Below, in pieces: positions 57,446 through 64,000 of a DNA stretch of 64,000 bases (positions are counted from its first letter, which is position 1; each line of letters opens with the position of its first letter). This stretch comes from Syntrophus aciditrophicus (GTDB lineage Bacteria; Desulfobacterota; Syntrophia; Syntrophales; UBA5619). Below the pieces are notes generated by a model, which was not told the DNA's origin, searched no databases, and saw only the letters and a list, made by a program, of their open reading frames with translations. Location: positions 102 to 64,101 of the forward strand of contig DYTH01000001.1 of the NCBI GenBank assembly GCA_020726025.1, given 5' to 3'. The position numbers and the translations under genes are program-made.

Positions 57446-59134
57446 TTAATTTTTACAGTAAAGAACCTGTACTGGGAAAGTAACGGTGAACGTGGTCCCC
57501 TGCTTTGGTTCGCTGTTCACGGTAATTGTTCCCATCCAATTTTCAATGATGCGGCTTACCACTGCCAGCCCCAATCCTGTCCCCACGGTGCGCGTGGTGT
57601 AGAAGGGATCAAAAATTTTCTGCAAATCTTTTTTTTCAATGCCATTCCCGCTGTCTTTGATAACGATCTCCACGGAATCTATCCCTTCAAGCAAAACATT
57701 TTTCGCTTCCAGAATGAGTGTCCCGCCATTGGGCATCGACTGAAGGGCGTTTGCGGCAATATTCCATAAAATTTGTTTTAGTTCTGCAACGTTAACAGTG
57801 ATCCTGAATTTCTCCGGAGGAAGTTTGATCCTCAAATCCAGCGGTTCGCGCCAGTCGGGGAGAAGACGAAGAGAATCGACAACCTCGTTAATGACCTCCT
57901 GGAGAACAACGTCTTCACAGATGCCGGGTGCAGGACGGGCCAACAGAAGAAAATCCTTCAGAAATTTTTCCAGTTGTTCCTTTTCTCTCAAAATGATGTC
58001 AAAAAGTTTCTGGTTGCCGTGGTCAAGCAGGATATCCTGTCTGAGGAGCTGGACTGACCCGCCTATGGCGGCAAGGGGATTGCGTATTTCATGGGCGAGA
58101 TTGGCGGCAACTTCACCGGTAAAGGCCAGGCGGCGATTCTTTTCCAGGGCCTCTCGCATATTCATTACTTCTGTAATATCCTGAAATATTAAAATATCTC
58201 CAATGACATTGTCCTGTGGATCCTTCAGGCTGGAAAAAGAAGCGCCAAGTTTCAATTCCAGACCTTTCAGTGTATGAAATATTCCCTCGAAATGTGCCGA
58301 CTTGGAGGAGCTGCCTGTCTGTGTTTTCTGCTGCTGCAGATAACTGTCAAGATCAGGAAATATCTCGGAAAGCAGGTGATTTTCCACTTCGCTGAAAAGA
58401 TAGCCAGTAATCGTTGATGCCGTACGATTGAAAGATTTTATTCTGCCATTCAGATTTACGGTAATGATTCCCGTGCTGACAGACTCAACAATGCTTTTAT
58501 ACAGGATGTCAAGCCGGGCGAAAGCATCCTGCTTCTCAGCCAGAAGCGCCCTCGTTTTTCTTTCCTGACCGACGACGTAAATGGATAGTAATGCGGTAAA
58601 ATAGAAGGATAATATATGGGTGACAACCCTGGCCAGCACATAGCCGACCTCAAGACGATACGTTGTGAACTGGGAAACAACTAACGGATTTATCAGTCCG
58701 TAATACTCAAGGATTGCCAAAAGAGCGTAAAGGACGGCCGCGGCGGTGGCAATCACCAACCCTCCTTTTTTTTCAAGAAATATGACTGTGTAGATGATGA
58801 CGAGGGGATAAAAGATTGAATAGATGCTTTGGATCCCGCCTGTTCCGTAAACAAAGGATGTTATGAGAACAAGATCCGCACCACTCTGAATGTAGATGTT
58901 AACGGCCGTGTTTCTATGATAACGGAGGAGCAAAGCAAAAATTATCGAAAACGTGCAGGTAAAAATGATAGCCAGCGCGAAGATGGAAATGGGGGTATCA
59001 AAGAGTCCGGCTCCAGAATTTAATTCGGCATAGACATGGATGCCCAGAATGAAGGTAACAATAAACAGCCGGGAGAGGATAACCAGACGAATTCGTTCTA
59101 TTGTACTATCCGGCGGAATGGTTTTTTCTTCCAT
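57446..59134 (-). CDS. Membrane sensor histidine kinase (multi-TM N-terminus - PAS - HisKA - HATPase), PilS-like architecture
   Basis: About six hydrophobic helices in aa 15-200, a PAS-like segment, H-box LAHEIRNPL, and G-box GTGLGLAVV. It lies 16 nt upstream of the response regulator gene. Confidence 0.85.
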   Translation of the reverse strand: MEEKTIPPDSTIERIRLVILSRLFIVTFILGIHVYAELNSGAGLFDTPISIFALAIIFTCTFSIIFALLLRYHRNTAVNIYIQSGADLVLITSFVYGTGGIQSIYSIFYPLVIIYTVIFLEKKGGLVIATAAAVLYALLAILEYYGLINPLVVSQFTTYRLEVGYVLARVVTHILSFYFTALLSIYVVGQERKTRALLAEKQDAFARLDILYKSIVESVSTGIITVNLNGRIKSFNRTASTITGYLFSEVENHLLSEIFPDLDSYLQQQKTQTGSSSKSAHFEGIFHTLKGLELKLGASFSSLKDPQDNVIGDILIFQDITEVMNMREALEKNRRLAFTGEVAANLAHEIRNPLAAIGGSVQLLRQDILLDHGNQKLFDIILREKEQLEKFLKDFLLLARPAPGICEDVVLQEVINEVVDSLRLLPDWREPLDLRIKLPPEKFRITVNVAELKQILWNIAANALQSMPNGGTLILEAKNVLLEGIDSVEIVIKDSGNGIEKKDLQKIFDPFYTTRTVGTGLGLAVVSRIIENWMGTITVNSEPKQGTTFTVTFPVQVLYCKN

Positions 59135-59180
59135 GATTGCCTGAATCGGTTAATAAAATGGAAAGTTAAAAAGCTCTGTC

Positions 59181-59209
59181 CTATTACGTTCAGTGAACGT
59201 AAAAGTCAA
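59181..59209 (-). promoter_or_regulatory. Sigma70-type promoter of the kinase/regulator operon with a 19-bp palindrome in its spacer
   Basis: The minus strand reads TTGACT - 17 nt - TAATAG. The palindrome TTACGTTCA-N-TGAACGTAA (59184-59202) fills the spacer and overlaps the -10. Confidence 0.5.
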
Positions 59210-59259
59210 CACGGCAGTTGCAAATTGTCCGCGGGTTTACAAGCTCGAACGGTTATTGC

Positions 59260-59288
59260 TTGACAACCGGAAACTCTTGCTCTAATCT
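59260..59288 (+). promoter_or_regulatory. Sigma70-type promoter candidate for adk
   Basis: TTGACA - 17 nt - TAATCT, about 130 nt upstream of ATG 59417. Confidence 0.5.
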
Positions 59289-59416
59289 TCCGCCGCTTTT
59301 TGGATTTTCTCCGTTCTTTCTTTCAGACGGAGCGATCACAACCATGCACAACGGTTTCGTGTGAAGATGCTGACATCCAGTAATCAATAATCTAATTTCA
59401 GAAAGGGGTATGCTCA

Positions 59417-60091
59417 ATGAACATTTTGATTTTTGGCCCGAATGGAAGCGGAAAAGGGACTCAGGGAGCGCTGATAAAAAAAAGGTTCGGCGTCCCACAT
59501 ATAGAAACCGGCGTCATATTTCGTGAAAACATAAAAAAACAGACGGAGCTCGGAAACAAAGCCAGGGGATTTATCGACCGGGGAGAGCTGGTTCCAGATG
59601 AAATAACCGTACCGATGATCCTCAACCGCCTCCAGGAAGAGGACTGCAAAGCGGGATGGCTGCTCGACGGTTTTCCCCGCAACCTGGCCCAGGCAGAGGC
59701 TCTTGCCGAAGCGCTGGATAAAGCTGGCATGAAGCTCGATTACGTCATCGAGATTGCCCTGGCCCGAGAGACGGCCAAAAACCGGATCATGGGACGTCGC
59801 ATCTGCGCGGTTGACAATAACCATCCCAACAATATTTTCATCGATGCGATAAAGCCGGTGGAAAAAGACGGCAAACTGGTCTGCAGGGTGTGCGGTTCCG
59901 ACCAGTTAAGCGCCAGGGCTGATGACCAGGACGAGGGAGCCATCAACAAGCGGCATGACATCTACTATGACAACCAGACGGGGACGCTTGCCGCCGTCAA
60001 CTATTTCCGGAATCGGACGAGGGTCATCGAAGTTGACGGAGCACCCGGCGTAGGCGAGGTATCGGCGGCCCTTGCCGCAAAACTTTCCTGA
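59417..60091 (+). CDS. adk: Adenylate kinase (long LID with Cys/His metal motif)
   Basis: P-loop GPNGSGKGTQ, LLDGFPR, and LID sequence GRRICAVDNNH...CRVCG...RADD. Confidence 0.9.
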   Translation: MNILIFGPNGSGKGTQGALIKKRFGVPHIETGVIFRENIKKQTELGNKARGFIDRGELVPDEITVPMILNRLQEEDCKAGWLLDGFPRNLAQAEALAEALDKAGMKLDYVIEIALARETAKNRIMGRRICAVDNNHPNNIFIDAIKPVEKDGKLVCRVCGSDQLSARADDQDEGAINKRHDIYYDNQTGTLAAVNYFRNRTRVIEVDGAPGVGEVSAALAAKLS

Positions 60092-60147
60092 GAGGGAAAA
60101 TCAGGCAAGCCGTTCACGATGCACCACATAAAACATGACGGGGATAT

Positions 60148-61944
60148 ATGGACAAAATTAGAAATTTCAGCATCATAGCCCATATAGACCACGGCAAGTC
60201 AACCCTTGCCGATCGTCTGATCCAGTTTGCAGGCATTGTCGAGGATCGCAATTTCCAGGATCAGATCCTCGACAATATGGATATCGAACGGGAACGGGGG
60301 ATCACGATCAAAAGCCAGGTCGTCTCCCTCCCCTACAGTGCCAAAGACAAAAAAGACTACACGCTGAACCTGATTGACACGCCGGGCCACGTTGATTTCA
60401 GCTACGAGGTGTCGCGGTCGCTGGCCTCCTGCGAAGGGGTCCTGCTGCTGATCGACGCCGCCCAGGGCGTGCAGGCCCAGACGCTGGCAAATCTCTACCT
60501 CGCCATGGAGCATAACCTTGAAATTATTCCCGTCATCAACAAAATAGACCTCCCTTCGGCCGACGTGGACCGGGTGATCGAACAGATCGAATCAGAGCTG
60601 GGTCTGGATGCGACGGATCATCTGAAGTGCTCGGCGAAGATGGGAATCGGCATCGAAGAGATCCTGGAGGCCGTCGTGACGCGCGTCCCCCCGCCCGAGG
60701 GCGATCCGGACGCCCCCCTTGCCGCTTTGATCTTTGACGCCAAGTACGACTCCTTTCGGGGAACGGTCATCCACTGCCGGGTATTCAACGGCACGGTGAA
60801 ATCCGGCGATACGATTCGTTTTGTTTACAACAACTCCTCCTACAGAGTGGAAGAGGTTGGCCATTTTCTCCTGCAGCGGGAAAAAAGGGACCGCCTGAGC
60901 GCCGGCGATGTCGGATACATCATCGCCGGGGTGAAGACGGTTTCCGATGTCCGCACCGGCGATACGATTACGCTGGAAAATCGCCCCTGTGCAAAACCGC
61001 TCCCCGGATTCAAGGAGGTAAAGCCGGTTGTTTTTGCCTCGATCTATCCGATTGCCGCCGACGATTATTCTGATCTATCCGATTCTCTTGATAAATTTAA
61101 ACTCAACGACGCTTCGTTTGTTTATGAGAAAGACTCCTCCGCCGCCCTTGGTCAGGGTTTTCGCTGCGGCTTTTTGGGATTGCTCCACCTGGACATTGTT
61201 CAGGAACGTCTGGAGCGGGAGTTTGACCTCTCGATCATCATCTCCGTCCCCAGCGTCCGCTACCGCTTTACGCTGAAGGACGGCACAACGCTGTTTGTGG
61301 ACAACCCCGCCCATTACCCGGACCAGATGTCCATTCTCAAAGGCGAAGAACCGTACATCCGGGCTGCCATGATGCTTCCGGAGAGGTACATGGGCGCCGT
61401 GATGAAGCTCTGCATGGAAAAAAGGGGCGTCAATTCAACCCTGAACTACCCTACCCCCGGACGCGCGGAGCTTACCTATGAGATGCCCCTTGCCGAGGTG
61501 ATCTTCGATTTTTACGACCGCTTCAAGTCCATCACCCAGGGATACGGCTCATTTGATTACGACATTATCGACTACCGGGAAAGCAGCCTGGTCTTGCTCG
61601 ACATTCTGGTGAACGGGGAAAAGGTTGATGCCCTGTCCCAGATCGTCCACCGCGAACGTGCCCGCACCCGCGGTCTTCAGGCCTGTGAGCGGCTCAAGGA
61701 AGAAATACCCAAACAGATGTTCAAGATCGCCATCCAGGGGGCAATCGGCGGCGAGATCATCTCCCGGACAACCATTACCGCGTTCCGCAAGGACGTCATC
61801 GCCAAGTGCTACGGCGGCGACATCTCCCGGAAGAGAAAACTGCTCGAGAAACAAAAGAAGGGCAAAAAGAGGATGAAGATGATCGGTAACGTCAGTATCC
61901 CGCAGAGCGCCTTTCTGTCCGTCTTGAAGTCCGACGCGGAATAG
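60148..61944 (+). CDS. lepA: Elongation factor 4
   Basis: IRNFSIIAHIDHGKSTLADR, DTPGHVDF and NKIDL motifs, with the LepA-specific C-terminal domain. Confidence 0.92.
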   Translation: MDKIRNFSIIAHIDHGKSTLADRLIQFAGIVEDRNFQDQILDNMDIERERGITIKSQVVSLPYSAKDKKDYTLNLIDTPGHVDFSYEVSRSLASCEGVLLLIDAAQGVQAQTLANLYLAMEHNLEIIPVINKIDLPSADVDRVIEQIESELGLDATDHLKCSAKMGIGIEEILEAVVTRVPPPEGDPDAPLAALIFDAKYDSFRGTVIHCRVFNGTVKSGDTIRFVYNNSSYRVEEVGHFLLQREKRDRLSAGDVGYIIAGVKTVSDVRTGDTITLENRPCAKPLPGFKEVKPVVFASIYPIAADDYSDLSDSLDKFKLNDASFVYEKDSSAALGQGFRCGFLGLLHLDIVQERLEREFDLSIIISVPSVRYRFTLKDGTTLFVDNPAHYPDQMSILKGEEPYIRAAMMLPERYMGAVMKLCMEKRGVNSTLNYPTPGRAELTYEMPLAEVIFDFYDRFKSITQGYGSFDYDIIDYRESSLVLLDILVNGEKVDALSQIVHRERARTRGLQACERLKEEIPKQMFKIAIQGAIGGEIISRTTITAFRKDVIAKCYGGDISRKRKLLEKQKKGKKRMKMIGNVSIPQSAFLSVLKSDAE

Positions 61945-61946
61945 AC

Positions 61947-63068
61947 GTGTCGCAGCCCGGTCTGTACATTCACATCCCGTTTTGCAAAAGCAAATGCCGT
62001 TATTGCGCGTTTTATTCCGTTACAGGCTGCTTGTCCCGGACAGAAGAATTTCTCGCAGCCCTGCGGCAGGAAATGGCCCTCTCCAGCGACTGGACGGCTG
62101 CTTTCGATACGCTCTATATTGGAGGGGGAACCCCTTCCGTTCTTTCCCCGGCTCAATTGACGCGCATGATCGCCGATGCCCGCCGCTCCTTCTCCATTGA
62201 GGGGGAAGCGGAAATCACCGTTGAGGCGAATCCGGCCGATATAACGACCGACCTTCTTAAAGGCCTCCTTCAGTCCGGGGTCAACCGAATCAGCATGGGC
62301 GTTCAGTCCTTCAACGATGCGCTTCTCCGCTTTCTTGGCAGACGGCATCGTGGAATGCAGGCTGAAGAATCAGTGCGACTGGCGCAAAAAAGGGGCTTTG
62401 ACAATATATCCCTGGATCTCATTTACGGAATTCCCGGACAGAACAGGAAAGTCTGGGAAGATACCCTCCGCCGGGCAGTCTCACTTCACCCCTCCCACCT
62501 CTCCTGCTACCAGTTGACCGTGGAAAAAGGAACCCCCCTGCATCAAGAGGCCGCTCAAGGCAGGGTTCTGCTGCCCGATGAAAACAGCCAGGCGGAGTTC
62601 TTTTTTTTCACCTCCGAATTTCTGCAAAAAGAGGGGTATCTTCACTATGAGGTCTCCAATTTTGCCCTGCCCGGCCATGAATCGCGCCATAATCGTAAAT
62701 ATTGGGATCACACCTGCTATCTCGGTCTGGGACCGTCGGCGCACTCTTTCAGGGCGCATCAGAGGCATTGGAACATCTCTTCGGTGGATGGCTACAGCAA
62801 CGCACTGACGACCGGGCATCTCCCCGTCGAAGGAAAAGAGACGCTGAACCAGGAAAATTTACGGATGGAAAGCCTGTTTCTCGGCTTCAGGACGCGGGCC
62901 GGGATCTGCCTCCAGGATTACAACCTCCGTTTTGGCGGGGACCTGCTGAAAGAAAAAAAGGGTGCAATCGATCACCTTGTCAGAGGTGGTTTTCTGGAGA
63001 TAAAGGACGGTTTTCTCAAGCCAGCCATCAAAGGGATGGCCATCGCCGACAGCCTCGCTTTATTGTAA
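61947..63068 (+). CDS. hemW: Radical SAM heme chaperone HemW (HemN-like, oxygen-independent coproporphyrinogen oxidase family)
   Basis: LYIHIPFCKSKCRYCAF (CxxxCxxC), GGGTPS, a short HemN-like length (373 aa), and the common lepA-hemW synteny. GTG start. Confidence 0.8.
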   Translation: MSQPGLYIHIPFCKSKCRYCAFYSVTGCLSRTEEFLAALRQEMALSSDWTAAFDTLYIGGGTPSVLSPAQLTRMIADARRSFSIEGEAEITVEANPADITTDLLKGLLQSGVNRISMGVQSFNDALLRFLGRRHRGMQAEESVRLAQKRGFDNISLDLIYGIPGQNRKVWEDTLRRAVSLHPSHLSCYQLTVEKGTPLHQEAAQGRVLLPDENSQAEFFFFTSEFLQKEGYLHYEVSNFALPGHESRHNRKYWDHTCYLGLGPSAHSFRAHQRHWNISSVDGYSNALTTGHLPVEGKETLNQENLRMESLFLGFRTRAGICLQDYNLRFGGDLLKEKKGAIDHLVRGGFLEIKDGFLKPAIKGMAIADSLALL

Positions 63069-63069
63069 A

Positions 63070-63110
63070 ACACCCTCCAGCGCCCTGTTTACGATGGGGC
63101 TGGAGGGTGT
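63070..63110. terminator. Bidirectional terminator hairpin between convergent hemW and the NifX-like gene
   Basis: 12-bp perfect stem ACACCCTCCAGC / GCTGGAGGGTGT. A TTTT run follows on the minus strand, and only a weak T-rich tail on the plus strand. Confidence 0.6.
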
Positions 63111-63126
63111 TTCCCTGATGGTAAAT

Positions 63127-63528
63127 TTATACAGACAACGTGATATGTTTTCGTGCTTCCCCTTTTTCGAGTTCGGTAAAAACATCTCCGATGTTTTCCT
63201 GAATGCGCTTGATCCCTTCGTTGATTTCGCCCCCGAGGAAGCGAACGCAGGCGAATTTTTTGAGAATGCGCGTGATGTTCGGGCCAAAGTTTTTCGAAAC
63301 GGCCACATTGACCTTTTCCTTCACCAGGAGTCCCATGATTCCCCCTGCCTTGACAGGGTCCCCGTGAACATCCTCAGCATCGTCTTTGTCTGTGGAATTA
63401 TCGATTCTTTTGATTAATTTCACGTTGTTTTCGTCAATTTCGTAAATATCGAAATAACGGGCGTCTCCAAAATGCCTTTCCATGAAACTCTTGCCGTCGT
63501 CCGTGGCAAATGCGGCTGTAATCTTCAA
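63127..63528 (-). CDS. NifX/NifB-C-terminal-like (dinitrogenase FeMo-cofactor-binding fold) small protein
   Basis: 133 aa. MKITAAFATDDGKSFMERHFGDARYFDIYEI resembles the N-terminal strand-loop of the NifX/NafY-like family. Confidence 0.55.
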   Translation of the reverse strand: MKITAAFATDDGKSFMERHFGDARYFDIYEIDENNVKLIKRIDNSTDKDDAEDVHGDPVKAGGIMGLLVKEKVNVAVSKNFGPNITRILKKFACVRFLGGEINEGIKRIQENIGDVFTELEKGEARKHITLSV

Positions 63529-63537
63529 AATGCTCTC

Positions 63538-64000
63538 CTATATCTCTTTGAGCTTCAGCGCCTGTTCGGTCAAAAGCGACTTGAAGCGGTCCAGCGTAAC
63601 ATTGTAGCCTTGCAGAGGAATTCCCATCCAGTCGGAGTATTCGATAAACTCTTCGGGGCGCTCTTCCATGAACTGATCGATGTACCCCACGCCGTCGAGC
63701 ACGATTGCCCCGCCGGTGTGCTTGGGGAAGTTTTCCGTGGCAAAGCCGACGTCCTTGTAGTAGCCCCTGAAGACCTGTTCGCGAAACTTGACCCATCCCG
63801 GCGTCATCCACCACACCTTCTCGCCGCCGGCCACCTCCTGGGCAATCCTTTCGCGCTCCTCTTCCGAGGCGATCATGTCCATGCAATGGGTCGCATTGAC
63901 CCGGGCAACCCCTTCACCCAGATCGGCGATGACCTTTTTCATGGTTCTGTAGGGATCGACCATGTTGATGTAACAGAACTTGCCGCCGTAAACGACGATG
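63538..64000 (-). CDS. DUF1638-family protein (5' end beyond window edge)
   Basis: The frame stays open past the ORF-track Met (…IVVYGGKFCYINMVDPY…). The family call rests on remembered DUF1638-like motifs (CMDMI..., WWMTPGW). Confidence 0.45.
   Translation of the reverse strand, partial: IVVYGGKFCYINMVDPYRTMKKVIADLGEGVARVNATHCMDMIASEEERERIAQEVAGGEKVWWMTPGWVKFREQVFRGYYKDVGFATENFPKHTGGAIVLDGVGYIDQFMEERPEEFIEYSDWMGIPLQGYNVTLDRFKSLLTEQALKLKEI

Overview
This 64-kb window is a chromosomal segment from an anaerobic Deltaproteobacteria/Desulfobacterota-type genome. The gene content and a '...TFYESIN'-type repeat element resemble Syntrophus/Smithella-like Syntrophales, but that placement is inference only. 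I can support about 53 protein genes and one tRNA-Leu(UAA).

Most of the window is housekeeping:
- Nucleotide synthesis: pyrK-pyrD, purM-purN, guaB.
- DNA replication and repair: dnaE, hrpA, recG, recJ, and a UvrD-like helicase.
- Translation: hisS-aspS, dtd, rpmB, lepA.
- Other core functions: adk, hemW, a pfk-type phosphofructokinase, and hom.

Other contents:
- A partial mannose-type PTS (EIIA-EIIB-EIIC, no EIID).
- Two sensor kinase systems.
- A Liv-type ABC importer operon with an embedded acyl-CoA ligase.
- A small AT-rich islet carrying an IS21-family remnant and a Phd/RelE-type toxin-antitoxin pair.

I did not find a clear-cut new multi-gene system such as a defence island, and there is no CRISPR array. 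The observations most worth follow-up are:
1. A dispersed, gene-co-oriented 21-nt repeat family. It carries its own ATGAAA and a GGAG-like tail, forms the translated 5' end of rimI, and forms small uORFs in front of mtaD and dtd.
2. A hybrid histidine kinase split from its N-terminal sensor domain exactly at a (TG)4(TA)3 microsatellite.
3. A homocitrate/isopropylmalate-synthase-family (Re-citrate-synthase-like) enzyme carrying a cytoplasmic C-terminal Cache-like domain.
4. A 900-aa GH57-glycogen synthase fusion.
5. An ApgM-like 'phosphoglycerate mutase' translationally coupled to hom, which is a probable alternative homoserine kinase.
6. A 600-bp ORF-free, hairpin-rich spacer with two intrinsic terminators.

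All functional calls rest on motif recognition by eye. No database search was run.
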